A stretch of 50,785 nucleotides of DNA from Actinomycetota bacterium (lineage in GTDB: Bacteria > Actinomycetota > Acidimicrobiia > IMCC26256 > VFJJ01): the NCBI GenBank assembly GCA_009886115.1, contig VFJJ01000064.1:1-50785 (forward strand), in the 5' to 3' direction. Positions 6,500-17,296 of the stretch are shown here, piece by piece. The position numbers and the translations under genes are program-made. The stretch's first letter is position 1; the number at the start of each line of letters is the position of its first letter. The notes beneath the pieces were generated by a model. It was not told the origin of the DNA and ran no database searches. It was given only the letters and a program-made list of their open reading frames with translations.

Positions 6500-9400
6500 A
6501 TGGTCAACGAGCAGGTCGACGAGCCCGCAATCGTCCCGCCGGTGCCGGGAGCCGACGTCGACGACGGGGTCCCTCCGCACCGGTACACCGCGGCGTTGGC
6601 CAACGAGATCGAGCTGCGTTGGCAGGACCACTGGGACGACGAGCGGACGTTCTGGTCGCCGAACCCGACCGGGCCGCTGAGCGAGCCCAACGGCGGTCGA
6701 GCCCGGCTCCAGAAGCTGTACGTGCTCGACATGTTTCCGTACCCGTCGGGCATCGGGCTGCACGTCGGCCATCCGCTCGGGTACATCGCCACCGACATCT
6801 GGGCCCGCTTCAAGCGCATGCGCGGCTTCAACGTCTTGCACGCCATGGGCTACGACGCGTTCGGGCTGCCGGCCGAGCAGTTCGCCGTCCAGACCGGAAC
6901 CCACCCCCGCATCACCACCGAGAGCAACATCGCGTCGATGAAGGCGCAGCTGCGCCGCCTCGGGCTGGGCCACGATCAGCGCCGCGGCATCTCGACGACC
7001 GATGTCGGCTACTACCGCTGGACCCAGTGGATCTTCCTGCAGATCTTCAACGCGTGGTGCGATCCCGAGAGCGGACGGGCCCGGCCCATCGCCGAGCTCG
7101 AGGCCCAGCTGGCCGACGCGACGCGCCCGACAAGCAGCGGCCGGGCCTGGAGCGCGCTGTCGCCGCTGGAGCGTCGGATCGAGCTCGACGCGCACCGGCT
7201 GGTGTACCGCTCCGAGATGCCCGTCAACTGGTGCCCGGGGCTGGGCACCGTGCTGGCGAACGAGGAGGTCACCGCCGAGGGCCGCAGCGACCGCGGGAAC
7301 TTCCCCGTGTACCAGCGCCTGCTCAAGCAGTGGGTGATGCGGATCACGTCGTTCGCCGACCGCCTGCTCGGCGACCTCGACGAGCTCGACTGGCCCGAGC
7401 CCATCAAGCTCATGCAGCGCAACTGGATCGGGAGGAGCGAGGGCGCCGAGATCGTCTTCCCGGTCGCCGCCCGCGGCGCCGCCGAAGCGTCTGGCGCGGA
7501 TGCCGGTGCCGCCGGGACCGGGACCGGGACCGGGACCGGGTCCGTCGATGGCGCTCCCCGTGCGATCGCGGTCTTCACGACCCGCCCCGACACGATCTTC
7601 GGCGCCACCTACATGGTGTTGGCGCCGGAGCACCCGTTGGTCGACGAGATCACCGCCGACGCCTGGCCCCCGGGGACGCTCTCGGTCCAACGGGGCGGCG
7701 GGTTCGCCGGCTCGCCGGTCGACGGGCATCGCACACCGCGCGATGCCGTGGCCGCGTACCGCGCCTACACCCTCGGGCGCAGCGAGATCGACCGCCAAGC
7801 CGAGTCGAAGCTCAAGACCGGGGTCTTCGTGGGCGCCTTCGCCACGAACCCGGCCACCGGGGGCCCCATCCCCGTGTTCATCGCCGACTACGTGCTGATG
7901 GGCTACGGGACGGGCGCCATCATGGCCGTGCCTGGCCAAGACGAGCGCGACTGGGAGTTCGCCGAGGTGTTCGGGCTGCCGATCGTGCGCTCCGTCGAGC
8001 CTCCGACGGGCTGGGACGGCGCCGCGTTCACGGGCGACGGCCCGGCGGTCAACTCCGGGTTCCTCGACGGGCTGCGGGTCGACGCCGCCAAGGCGCGCGT
8101 CCTCCACTGGCTGGAAGCAGAGGGAGTGGGATCGCGGCGGGTCACCTACAAGCTGCGTGACTGGCTGTTCAGCCGTCAGCGCTACTGGGGAGAGCCGTTC
8201 CCGATCATCTACGACGAGACCGCACTGCCGATCGGGGTCCCGACCTCGATGCTGCCGGTCGAGTTGCCTGCGATCGACGACTTCATGCCCAAGACGTCCG
8301 ACGATCCCGACGCGCTGCCCGAGCCGCCGCTGGCCCGGGCGACCGCGTGGACGACCGTCGAGCTCGACCTCGGTGAGGGCGACGGGGTGCGCACCTACCG
8401 GCGAGAGCTCAACACCATGCCGCAGTGGGCCGGATCGTGTTGGTACTACCTGCGCTACCTCGACCCCGACAACGCCGACGATCTGGTCGATCCGGCCAAC
8501 GAGGCCTACTGGATGGTCGGGGCGACGGGGTCCCAGCCCGACGGCTCATCGAACATCGGCGGTGTCGACCTCTACGTGGGCGGGGTCGAGCACGCCGTGT
8601 TGCACCTGTTGTATGCCCGTTTCTGGCACAAGATCCTGTTCGATCTCGGGCACGTATCCACGCCGGAGCCGTTCCAGCGACTGTTCAACCAGGGCTACAT
8701 CCAGGCCGCGGCGTTCACCGACGGACGGGGTTCCTACGTCGACGCCGAGAAGGTCGTCGACCAGCAGGGCCAGTTCCTGTACGACGGCGAGCCGGTGAAC
8801 CGCGAGTTCGGCAAGATGGGCAAGTCGTTGAAGAACGCCGTCGCCCCCGACCAGATCTGTCGCGACTACGGCGCCGACACGCTGCGGCTCTACGAGATGT
8901 ACATGGGTCGTCTCGAGCAGTCGAAGCCCTGGAACACACGCGACATCGTCGGGGTGCACCGGTTCCTGCAGCGGGTGTGGCGCCTGTTCGTGGACGAGCA
9001 GACGGGCGAGCTCAACGTGGGAGCGTCTGGAGCGAAGGCCGTCGACGCAGCCACGATGCGCTTGCTGCACAAGACGATCGCTGCGGTCACCGACGATCTC
9101 GAAGACCTGCGATTCAACACGGCCATCGCCAAGCTCATCGAGCTGACGAACCACCTCACGCCGATCGTGAGCACAGTCGGACAGTTACCCGCCGAGGTGG
9201 CCGAGGCGTTGGTGTTGATGCTGGCCCCGATGGCCCCGCATTTCTGCGAGGAGCTCTGGGCGCGCCTCGGGCGCTCCGAGCCCTTGGCCTTCCACGCGTT
9301 CCCCGTGGCCGATCCCGTGCTGCTGGTGGAGGACCTGCTCGAGATGCCGGTTCAGGTCAATGGGAAGGTGAGGGGCCAGATCACCGTGGCTGCCTCCCAG

Positions 9401-9529
9401 GCGGGCCACGAAGCCACGTTGCTCGCCGCTGCGCACGCCAACGACCGGGTCGCGGTTCATCTCGAAGGGCTGGTGGTGCGCAAGGTGATCGTCGTGCCCG
9501 GGCGCCTGCTGAACATCGTGGGGGGCTGA
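6500..9529 (+). CDS. leuS: Leucine--tRNA ligase
   Basis: [19 protein letters not shown] (HIGH), [22 protein letters not shown] (KMSKS), editing domain [14 protein letters not shown]. Confidence 0.98.
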   Translation: MVNEQVDEPAIVPPVPGADVDDGVPPHRYTAALANEIELRWQDHWDDERTFWSPNPTGPLSEPNGGRARLQKLYVLDMFPYPSGIGLHVGHPLGYIATDIWARFKRMRGFNVLHAMGYDAFGLPAEQFAVQTGTHPRITTESNIASMKAQLRRLGLGHDQRRGISTTDVGYYRWTQWIFLQIFNAWCDPESGRARPIAELEAQLADATRPTSSGRAWSALSPLERRIELDAHRLVYRSEMPVNWCPGLGTVLANEEVTAEGRSDRGNFPVYQRLLKQWVMRITSFADRLLGDLDELDWPEPIKLMQRNWIGRSEGAEIVFPVAARGAAEASGADAGAAGTGTGTGTGSVDGAPRAIAVFTTRPDTIFGATYMVLAPEHPLVDEITADAWPPGTLSVQRGGGFAGSPVDGHRTPRDAVAAYRAYTLGRSEIDRQAESKLKTGVFVGAFATNPATGGPIPVFIADYVLMGYGTGAIMAVPGQDERDWEFAEVFGLPIVRSVEPPTGWDGAAFTGDGPAVNSGFLDGLRVDAAKARVLHWLEAEGVGSRRVTYKLRDWLFSRQRYWGEPFPIIYDETALPIGVPTSMLPVELPAIDDFMPKTSDDPDALPEPPLARATAWTTVELDLGEGDGVRTYRRELNTMPQWAGSCWYYLRYLDPDNADDLVDPANEAYWMVGATGSQPDGSSNIGGVDLYVGGVEHAVLHLLYARFWHKILFDLGHVSTPEPFQRLFNQGYIQAAAFTDGRGSYVDAEKVVDQQGQFLYDGEPVNREFGKMGKSLKNAVAPDQICRDYGADTLRLYEMYMGRLEQSKPWNTRDIVGVHRFLQRVWRLFVDEQTGELNVGASGAKAVDAATMRLLHKTIAAVTDDLEDLRFNTAIAKLIELTNHLTPIVSTVGQLPAEVAEALVLMLAPMAPHFCEELWARLGRSEPLAFHAFPVADPVLLVEDLLEMPVQVNGKVRGQITVAASQAGHEATLLAAAHANDRVAVHLEGLVVRKVIVVPGRLLNIVGG

Positions 9530-9531
9530 CG

Positions 9532-9951
9532 ATGGCGACCGGCGGCGGGCCCCCGGCGAGTGGTGCTCGGCCCCGCGTCTTCAGCGCCCGCCGTCTGGTG
9601 GCCCCCGAGCTCAGGTCGTACGACCTCGTCCCGCTCGCCGACCGGGCTCGGGCCCGGGTGATCGTCGTGCCGTGGCTACCGGGCGCGCACGGGATGACCC
9701 TGGGGCGCTACGTGTTCCTCACGCGTGGCCATGCCCATCGCACGACCCTGCTGGCCCACGAGCTGGTGCACGTCCGCCAGTACCGAGAGCTCGGATACCT
9801 CCGCTTCTCGTACCGGTATCTCCGCGACTACGCGAGGCTGCTCGTCGAGCACAGGGGCCGCCACAAGGCGGCGTACCGGGCCATCCCCTTCGAGGCCGAG
9901 GCCTACCGTGTCGCCGGCGAGTGGGCCAGGCAACCCCGCGATCAGGCGTAG
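9532..9951 (+). CDS. Small HExxH metallopeptidase-like protein (DUF4157-like), 139 aa
   Basis: ATG 2 nt after the leuS stop; GMTLGRYVF..LLAHELVHVRQY..AYRAIPFEAEAY. Confidence 0.75.
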   Translation: MATGGGPPASGARPRVFSARRLVAPELRSYDLVPLADRARARVIVVPWLPGAHGMTLGRYVFLTRGHAHRTTLLAHELVHVRQYRELGYLRFSYRYLRDYARLLVEHRGRHKAAYRAIPFEAEAYRVAGEWARQPRDQA

Positions 9952-9962
9952 CGTCGGACCTC

Positions 9963-11447
9963 GTGGACGACGGGCGCGCGGGTTGGTGGCAGGCATCCGA
10001 CGGCAAGTGGTACCCGCCCGACACCCATCCCGATCCGGCCCACCGGGCCCGATGGGCGCCCGCCCCGCCGAGCACGCCGCAGTTCGGGACCTCCCTCGGT
10101 CCACCGTCTGGCTGGCCGGGGTCGCCATCGGCGTCGTCACCCCCGACGGACCCGCCCGGGCCGTGGCCCGATCAGCCGAGCCCGTGGTCGGCCCCCGGGC
10201 CAGCGGCGCCCACGGACGGCTCGTCCTGGCCGATCCGTGGGCCGATCCCGAAGCAGCGCACGGGTCTGGTGGCCGGGATCGTGGTCGCGGTGATCCTGGT
10301 CGGGGTGGGTATACCCATCGGGGCGATCATCCTGGCCCGTGACGGTGACGACAACGGCGCGTCGCCTGCAACCTCGTCGGTCTCCGAGGTCGGCGATGAC
10401 GATTCCTCGCCGCCACGTCGAACGACCGCCACAGACGACGATCCGTCCGACACGGCGAGCGACACGCAAGACAACGGCGACGACACCGGAGACAACGGCG
10501 ACGACACCGGAGACACCGGCGACGCCGGGGGTGACGGCCTCGGCAGCCGTGAACGCCCGGCGGCCCTCGGGACGGTCTTCGACCTCGGCGACGGTTGGTT
10601 CGCCACCATCGCGTCGGTGCGCGACGCCGCGGCCGAGGGTCTGTTGGGTGAGTTCTCGAGCGAACCACCGGCCGGCACGCTCTTCCTTGCCGTTTCGGCT
10701 GAGGTCACCTACGCCGGAGAGGAGCTCGTGGCATCACCCGCGATCTTCGTGGAGGCCCTCGGCTCACAGGTCTTCGAGACGTCGTTCGACTGTCTGCTCG
10801 ATGTCGATCTGGTCCCGACCACGTACAGCTTCCGTCCCGGGCAGACCGCGCCGATCACCGTCTGCCTCGAGGTTCCCGTCGACGAACGTGCGACCGTGAT
10901 CTTCACGCTCGAGAACGTGTTCGACTTCGAAGGCGAGCCGAGAGTGTTCGGCGAGACCGCCACCGAGACCGCCGACCCTCCTTCGATCCCACCGTCGGGT
11001 CCGCCCACCGGGGGGCCTCCCGGTTCGGGCGGCAACCCGGCGGCGTTGGGCACGGTCTTCGATCTCTCTGCGGGATGGTCGGCTTCGGTGATCCGGGTCG
11101 AGGACGCCGTCGCTGGTGGCCTCGTCGACGATTTCTTCGGCGGGCCCGAGCCCGGCAACGTGTTCCTCGCGGTGATCGTCGAGGCCACATATGCGGGCGA
11201 CGAGCTCACGGCATCACCGGGGATCTTCGTCCAGGCCTTGGGTTCCGAGGTGTTCGACAATGCCTTTTCGTGCTTCCTCGACAGCTCGGTGATCGAGTCC
11301 ACCTCCGAATTCGTGCCCGGGCAGACCGCGCCCGTCACGTTCTGCTTCGAGGTTCCCGAGGCTGAGCGCTCCTCGCTCATCTACGCGGTCGGCGACTACA
11401 ACGACTTCGACATCGAACCCGTGGTCTTCAGCGAGAGCGGCGCGTAG
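9963..11447 (+). CDS. Single-pass membrane protein: N-terminal GWWQASDGKWYPP motif (DUF2510-like), Pro-rich linker, acidic stalk, two tandem beta-rich domains
   Basis: GTG 9963; TM GLVAGIVVAVILVGVGIPIGAIIL; duplicated domain PAALGTVFDL..W..YAG.EL.ASP.IFV.ALGS.VF..SC.LD..PGQTAP.T.C.EVP. Confidence 0.75.
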   Translation: MDDGRAGWWQASDGKWYPPDTHPDPAHRARWAPAPPSTPQFGTSLGPPSGWPGSPSASSPPTDPPGPWPDQPSPWSAPGPAAPTDGSSWPIRGPIPKQRTGLVAGIVVAVILVGVGIPIGAIILARDGDDNGASPATSSVSEVGDDDSSPPRRTTATDDDPSDTASDTQDNGDDTGDNGDDTGDTGDAGGDGLGSRERPAALGTVFDLGDGWFATIASVRDAAAEGLLGEFSSEPPAGTLFLAVSAEVTYAGEELVASPAIFVEALGSQVFETSFDCLLDVDLVPTTYSFRPGQTAPITVCLEVPVDERATVIFTLENVFDFEGEPRVFGETATETADPPSIPPSGPPTGGPPGSGGNPAALGTVFDLSAGWSASVIRVEDAVAGGLVDDFFGGPEPGNVFLAVIVEATYAGDELTASPGIFVQALGSEVFDNAFSCFLDSSVIESTSEFVPGQTAPVTFCFEVPEAERSSLIYAVGDYNDFDIEPVVFSESGA

Positions 11448-11573
11448 CGCACGCGTCGGCGACCCCGGTCTGGTCAGGCGCCGCCTCAGTTGCTACGGTC
11501 GGTGTCGATCGTTCGTGTCGGCCGTCGCCGACCCCCGCTTCCCTCCGCGGTCTGCTCTCGGTAGCTCCGACCG

Positions 11574-12500
11574 GTGCCGCGCGCTCGTGCGGCGGAGGTG
11601 ACGATCCCCATGTTCTCCGACGGCTCGGCCGACGCGCCCCGTGCGCCGCTGGCCCCAGCACCCATCCCCCCTGTCCCTCGCCTGCCCGACGGTCGAGGTC
11701 CGGCGCTGGGCGATCGGTTGGCCCGGCTGCGGTCCGACCCCCGCTTCGGCGCCCTGGCGCTCGCGCTGGTGGCCGTGCTCGCCGGTTGGCTCTGGTACCG
11801 GGCCGGCGTTGACGACGCCTCGGCCGATGCCGTCGCCGGAGCCGCCCCGAGCACCCCCGCTGCCGTACTCGCCGCCAGCGCCTCGTCGCCAGCCGCTTCC
11901 GCCGGGGTCACCTCGGCCGGATCGTCGGCTCCGCTTTCGACCGATCTCGTCGTGGCGACGACGGTCGCCTCGGCTGTGCCGTCGACGATCGTCGTGCACG
12001 TCGCCGGGGCCGTCGCCGCTCCCGGCGTGTACCGGTTGCCGACCGGGGCCCGGGTCGACGATGCCGTGCTCGCGGCCGGCGGCCCCGTACTCGGCGCCGA
12101 CGTCGACGTGCTCAACCGGGCTCAGCCGCTCATCGACGGCCAGCGTGTCGGCGTCCCACTCATCGGCGAGACGGCCGCCGGAGCCGGTGCCGGTGTCGGC
12201 ATGGGAGCGACCGGCATCGGGGTGTCGGGGGGAGTCGCGCCGGTCGTCGTCGACCCGACCGGAGCCGACGGGGGCCCGTCGCCCGGTGCAGCGCCGAGCA
12301 CGGCGCGCGAACCCCTGAACCTGAACACGGCGACCCAGGCCGAGCTCGAGACGCTGCCCGGCGTCGGACCCTCGATCGCCGGGGCGATCGTGGCTGAGCG
12401 CGACGCCCGCGGAGGGTTCCGTTCGCCGCGCGATCTGCTCGACGTTCGGGGTATCGGCGAGAGCCGGCTGGCCCAGCTCGAGCCCCTGGTGACGGTGTGA
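11574..12500 (+). CDS. comEA: Competence DNA receptor ComEA (start may be 11610)
   Basis: TM, SLBB domain IVVHVAGAVAAPGVYRLPTGARVDDAV, C-terminal HhH LNLNTATQAELETLPGVGPSIAGAIV. Confidence 0.93.
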   Translation: MPRARAAEVTIPMFSDGSADAPRAPLAPAPIPPVPRLPDGRGPALGDRLARLRSDPRFGALALALVAVLAGWLWYRAGVDDASADAVAGAAPSTPAAVLAASASSPAASAGVTSAGSSAPLSTDLVVATTVASAVPSTIVVHVAGAVAAPGVYRLPTGARVDDAVLAAGGPVLGADVDVLNRAQPLIDGQRVGVPLIGETAAGAGAGVGMGATGIGVSGGVAPVVVDPTGADGGPSPGAAPSTAREPLNLNTATQAELETLPGVGPSIAGAIVAERDARGGFRSPRDLLDVRGIGESRLAQLEPLVTV

Positions 12501-14170
12501 CCCCGTTCTCCGTGCAGGAATCGTCGCCAGGCGACGATTCCTGCACGCGTCTGGGGTGGGGGCGGGGGTTGGGGTGGGGGCCGGGCGCGGTGCTCGGTGC
12601 GGTCGTGGTGGGGATCGCCTCGGGACATCGGGGACCGGCGTCCCCCGGTTGGCTGCTCCTGACGGTGGCCGGGTCGGCCGGGTTGACGGCGCTCCTGGTG
12701 GGCGACATCCGGGCTCGGCGGGTCATCGCACTCATCGGTGTGGCTGCGGTGGCGGGAGCGCTCACCCTTCGGGCCCGCGACGGGCTCGAGCACTCACCGT
12801 TCACGCTGCCGGTGCTCGACCGGGAGCTGGTGGTGCTGCGGGGCACGCTCGTGGGCGATCCCGACACGTTCGGCCCCGGTGCTCGCACCGCCCGGGTCGA
12901 GCTGCGCGCCGCGGCGTTCACGGTGGTCGACCGAACCGGTGAACCGGTCGCCGGTACTGCCGGGCGATGGCGTTCGGGCGGCGACCGTCATGTGATCGTG
13001 CGGGCTTCGGGGCGCGAGGCCCGGCGGGTCGCCACGCTCTCAGCCGCGGGCGAGGTCGTGGTGCTGGGACGGCTGGGACCCTTACAGGACTTCGATTCCT
13101 GGATGTGGCGCCGTCACGTCGTGGGGGCCCTCGATGTCGTGCAGGTGGTCGACGTGTCCCCGGCGCGATCGCCGCTCTGGCGGATGGCCAACACCGTTCG
13201 GGGCCTGGTGCTCGCCGGAGGTGCCTCGCTACCCGAGCCCGAGCGCGGTCTGCTCGCCGGCTTCCTGATCGGCGACACCCGGTCGATCCCGCCTGCGGTC
13301 ACCGCCGAGTTCCGGGCCGCCGGCCTCAGCCATCTGCTGGCTGTGTCGGGCGCCAACCTGGCGTTCGTGCTCGGCGGCCTGCGGCCTCTCCTTCGGCGGG
13401 GCTCGTGGACCACCCGCTGGATGCTCAGCGTCGCCGTCGTCGTCCTCTTCGGGACGGTGACGCGCTGGGAACCGTCGGTGCTGCGAGCTTCGGCGATGGC
13501 CATCGTCGCCGTCAGCGCCTCGGCGCTGGGGCGCCCGACGGCCGGGCTGCGCATCCTGGCGATCGCCGTCACCGCGCTCCTGCTCGCCGATCCCTTCCTG
13601 TTGCACTCGGTGGGCTTCCTGCTCTCGTCGGGCGCGAGCTTGGGGATCCTTCTCCTGGCGGAGCCCATCCGCCGGCGCCTCCCGGGTCCGCTCTGGCTCA
13701 CCGAGGTCGCCTCGGTGACCCTGGCCGCGCAGCTCGGCGTGGCGCCGATCCTGCTGCCCGTGTTCGGTACCGTCTCGCTGGTATCGGTGCCGGCCAACGT
13801 GCTCGCGGTACCCGCGGCAGGTGCGATCACGGTGCTGGGACTGCTCTCGGGCGTGCTGGGTGGGCTCGTTCGACCGTGGTGGCCCCAGGCCGGCGAGGTG
13901 ATGCAGTGGCCGGTGCTGGGCCTGCTGCGTTGGGTCGAGGCCGTGGCATCGCTCGCGGCCCGGCATCCCGTGGCGATCGGGCCTCGAGCGGCGTGGGCCC
14001 TCGTGGCCGCGATCGGTGCTCTGACCGCGGCGCTGTGCTGGCGTCGAGGCCGGCTCGGGCCGTCGGGTACCCCATCTCGCGGCGCGTCACGTGTTCCCGG
14101 CGGAGGGCTGGGGCCTGTCCCCACACGTGGTCCGGCCGGCGGCCGGGGGGCCACGGAGCCCTCCGGGTAG
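12497..14170 (+). CDS. comEC: ComEC/Rec2 competence channel without a C-terminal metallo-beta-lactamase domain
   Basis: GTGA overlap with comEA; GLLAGFLIGD, FRAAGLSHLLAVSGAN, EPSVLRASAMA, GFLLS, SVPANVLA. Confidence 0.9.
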   Translation: MTPFSVQESSPGDDSCTRLGWGRGLGWGPGAVLGAVVVGIASGHRGPASPGWLLLTVAGSAGLTALLVGDIRARRVIALIGVAAVAGALTLRARDGLEHSPFTLPVLDRELVVLRGTLVGDPDTFGPGARTARVELRAAAFTVVDRTGEPVAGTAGRWRSGGDRHVIVRASGREARRVATLSAAGEVVVLGRLGPLQDFDSWMWRRHVVGALDVVQVVDVSPARSPLWRMANTVRGLVLAGGASLPEPERGLLAGFLIGDTRSIPPAVTAEFRAAGLSHLLAVSGANLAFVLGGLRPLLRRGSWTTRWMLSVAVVVLFGTVTRWEPSVLRASAMAIVAVSASALGRPTAGLRILAIAVTALLLADPFLLHSVGFLLSSGASLGILLLAEPIRRRLPGPLWLTEVASVTLAAQLGVAPILLPVFGTVSLVSVPANVLAVPAAGAITVLGLLSGVLGGLVRPWWPQAGEVMQWPVLGLLRWVEAVASLAARHPVAIGPRAAWALVAAIGALTAALCWRRGRLGPSGTPSRGASRVPGGGLGPVPTRGPAGGRGATEPSG

Positions 14171-14183
14171 GCTCGGCCACACC

Positions 14184-15251
14184 ATGTGGACGCTCCGGCT
14201 CGGTGACCGCACCTACGACCTGCGCACCCGGTCGTTGGTCATGGGGATCCTCAATCGGACCCCCGACTCGTTCTACGACCAGGGCCTCCACTGGGGCTTC
14301 GACGCGTTCCTGCGTCGGGCCGATGAGATCGTCCGCAACGGTGCCGACATCCTCGACGTCGGCGGCGTGAAGGCCGGGCCGGGCGACGAGGTCACCGAAG
14401 CCGAGGAGCTCGATCGGGTCGTGCCGGCCATCGCCGCGCTCCACGAACGATTCGACGTCCCGTTGTCATGCGACACCTGGAGAGCCTCGGTGCTCGAGGA
14501 GGCCTGCGCTGCGGGGGCCGTGATCGGCAACGACATCAGCGGGTTCGCCGACCCCGAGTACCTGCCGGTGGCCGCGCGCTGCGGGGCCACGGTCGTCGCC
14601 ACCCACATCCGGCTCCGCCCCCGGGTCGCCGACCCCGAGCCGTTCTATGACGATCTCGTTCCCGACGTCCGGGCCTTCCTGCTCGACCGGGCTCGTCGGG
14701 CCGAGGGGCACGGCATCGCACCCGAGCGGATCGTCGTCGACGCCGGGCTCGATCTGGGCAAGACCCGCTGGCAGAGCGCAGTGCTCCAGCGCGAGAGCGA
14801 GCAGCTCGCCCGCCTCGGGTACGTGCTGTTGCTCTCGGCGTCGAACAAGCGCTTCCTCGGCGAGCTGTGCAATCTCGACGTGACCGACCGGGCCGAGGTC
14901 TCCCTGGCGTCGGTGGCGTTCGGGGTGGCGCATGGGTGTCGGATCCTGCGGGTGCATCACGTCGAGGAGTCGGTACGAGTCGCCCGGACGATCGGGGCGA
15001 TCCTCGATGCCCGCTGGGCCTCGGCGCACCTCGATCCCGCGTCGACGGGGGAGCCGGGCATCGCGGCCACGTCCACGACGGTCGCCGGCGCTCCTCCCGT
15101 GGTTCCCGACGGCCACCGCCCGCCCGATCCCCTGGTCGCCGTGGCGGCGGCGACTGCGGTGGCGGCGACGTCCGCAATGGCGCCAGCTGTGACGGCTTCG
15201 TCTCCGACTGCGGTGGCGCCGGCGTCCTCGTCGGCGTCGGCCGGGGCCTGA
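14184..15251 (+). CDS. folP: Dihydropteroate synthase family protein, FolP2-like, with Ala-rich tail
   Basis: VMGILNRTPDSFYD, DVGGVKAGPG, DTWRA, NDISG, SNKRFLGE, RVH. Confidence 0.88.
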   Translation: MWTLRLGDRTYDLRTRSLVMGILNRTPDSFYDQGLHWGFDAFLRRADEIVRNGADILDVGGVKAGPGDEVTEAEELDRVVPAIAALHERFDVPLSCDTWRASVLEEACAAGAVIGNDISGFADPEYLPVAARCGATVVATHIRLRPRVADPEPFYDDLVPDVRAFLLDRARRAEGHGIAPERIVVDAGLDLGKTRWQSAVLQRESEQLARLGYVLLLSASNKRFLGELCNLDVTDRAEVSLASVAFGVAHGCRILRVHHVEESVRVARTIGAILDARWASAHLDPASTGEPGIAATSTTVAGAPPVVPDGHRPPDPLVAVAAATAVAATSAMAPAVTASSPTAVAPASSSASAGA

Positions 15252-15262
15252 AGGCGACGGTC

Positions 15263-16363
15263 ATGGCGGCGAGCTCCCCGGCGGTTGCGCCCATCTACGT
15301 GGTCGCCGGTGGCGACACGACCCTGCGCCACGAGGCGCTGGGCCGGCTCGTCGACGATCTCGTCGGGTCCGACGATCGCAGCCTCGCGCTCGACGAGTTC
15401 GACGTGGCGTCGCCGTCGGCCTCGGTTCGAGCCAGCGTCGACGCATCGGAGCTCCGGGTGGAAGCCGCCGTGGTGCTCACCGCGCTCGATTCGGCGCGCA
15501 CGTTCCCGTTCGGGACGGTCCGGCGCGTCATCGTCGTCCGCAACGCCGGCGTGCTCACGGCCGAGGAGACCAAGCCAGTCATCGGCTACCTCGCCCAGCC
15601 CGAGCCGACCTCCGTCCTCGTCCTCGAGCTCGGTGACAAGGCCCCGTCGGCGGCGCTGGGCAAGGCCCTCACCGCTGCCGGAGCGATCACCGTCGGCGGC
15701 GACGCCAAGCTGGCCGAGGTGCTCGCCGAGCACAGCCGCAGCGCCAATCTGCGTCTCGAACGCGACGCCGTCGAGCTCGTCACCGCCCGTCTCGGTGAGG
15801 ACGCCGGCCGGATACCCGCGCTCGTCGAGGTGCTCATCGCCACGTTCGGGGCGGGGACGCGCCTCGGAGCCGCCGAGGTCGAGCCCTACCTCGGTGAGGC
15901 GGGGGGCGTGCCGGTGTTCGAGCTCACGAACGCCATCGACGAAGGCGATCTCACCCGCGCCCTCACCGTGCTGCACCGTCTCCGTGAAGCCTCGGGCATG
16001 CACCCGCTCCAGCTGATGGCCGTCCTGCACGGCCACTACCGACGTCTGCTTCGTCTCGACGATCCGACGGTGCAGGGCGAGCAGGCCGCGGTGAACGCGT
16101 TGAAGGAGCTCGGGGGACGCCCACCCCACCCGTACGTGGCCAAGAAGGCGCTCCAGCAGGCCCGTGCCCTCGACTCGACCGGGATCAGGGCCGCGTACGA
16201 CCTGCTGGCCCGGGCCGATCGCGACCTGCGCGGCGCCAGCCGTGCGCCCGACGATGCGCTCATCGAGATCCTCGTCACGCGCCTGGTGACCGTGACCCGC
16301 CAACGGCGCCGGGGTCCACCGGGGTCGACGGGCTCGGCTCGCCCGGCGCGGGCCCGACGATGA
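15263..16363 (+). CDS. holA: DNA polymerase III subunit delta
   Basis: IYVVAGGD, RTFPFGTVRRVIVVR, PVFELTNAIDEGD, LLARADRDLRG; canonical position between comEC and rpsT. Confidence 0.88.
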   Translation: MAASSPAVAPIYVVAGGDTTLRHEALGRLVDDLVGSDDRSLALDEFDVASPSASVRASVDASELRVEAAVVLTALDSARTFPFGTVRRVIVVRNAGVLTAEETKPVIGYLAQPEPTSVLVLELGDKAPSAALGKALTAAGAITVGGDAKLAEVLAEHSRSANLRLERDAVELVTARLGEDAGRIPALVEVLIATFGAGTRLGAAEVEPYLGEAGGVPVFELTNAIDEGDLTRALTVLHRLREASGMHPLQLMAVLHGHYRRLLRLDDPTVQGEQAAVNALKELGGRPPHPYVAKKALQQARALDSTGIRAAYDLLARADRDLRGASRAPDDALIEILVTRLVTVTRQRRRGPPGSTGSARPARARR

Positions 16364-17178
16364 GGCGTCGGCGGTCCTGCCGTCGTGCTCCCGTCGCCGG
16401 CTCGGCCCCGGCCCTGTCGGCGGCGTTGGCGGCGGCCTTGACGGCGACGCTGGCCCTGTCGGCGTGCAGCCCCCGTTCGTCGGGGGGCTCGGGCGCGGCG
16501 ACCACCTCGACCACGCCGTTGTCGTTCGCGGCGCTCGGACAGACCACGACCACCCTCGTCGGGCAGACGACGAGCTCGAGCACCACCACGACCACCGGGC
16601 TCGTCTCCGAGGCCACCGAGGCCACGCTGCCCGGCGAGACGACGACGACGGTTCCGCCGATCGCGCTCGGCGAGATCGCCGCCGACGGCACGATCGTCGT
16701 CGACATCGACGAGAGCTCGACCGCGTTCGTCGCCCGCTTCCGTGCGAACGCCGGCAATCCCTACTACCAGATCCGAACGGCGGAGGAGGTGGGCTTCCTC
16801 GTCGACGTCGAGCTGTACACGGTGGGCGGACAGGGCTGGACCGGCCAGCTCGGCTCGTTCAGCACCGACTGCGAGCTGAACGGGATCTGCGTGTACTTCC
16901 GCCCTCCGGATCAGGGGGAGGTCGAGCTCCCGGCGCGGCTGGCCGAGCCCTTCGGCCGGATCGACATCCGCCAGCTCGACGATTCCGGCATTGCCATCAC
17001 CTTGAGCGATCTCCGGTTTCCTCGCCTCGGGCGCCCCGAGACCTACGTGTTCGACTCGATCGTGCTCGACCTGGTCCCGATCCCGAACACCACCACGACG
17101 ACCGCGACCGCGACCGCGACCACGACCACGACCACGACCACGACGGCCGCGACTCCGACTCCGACGAGCGGGGCGTAG
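16360..17178 (+). CDS. Putative lipoprotein with Thr-rich linkers, function unknown
   Basis: ATGA overlap with holA; lipobox LSAC after a hydrophobic stretch; Thr runs flank a globular beta-rich domain. Confidence 0.65.
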   Translation: MRRRRSCRRAPVAGSAPALSAALAAALTATLALSACSPRSSGGSGAATTSTTPLSFAALGQTTTTLVGQTTSSSTTTTTGLVSEATEATLPGETTTTVPPIALGEIAADGTIVVDIDESSTAFVARFRANAGNPYYQIRTAEEVGFLVDVELYTVGGQGWTGQLGSFSTDCELNGICVYFRPPDQGEVELPARLAEPFGRIDIRQLDDSGIAITLSDLRFPRLGRPETYVFDSIVLDLVPIPNTTTTTATATATTTTTTTTTAATPTPTSGA

Positions 17179-17296
17179 ACGCGAATCGAGGGCCGCTCGT
17201 GAGCGCGGCCCTCGGTGACGGCGAATCAGTACGACGGAGGGTCGATGCGACGGTGCTGGCGCCGCCCCGTGGGCCGGGGCGCCGGTGGCCGTCGAC

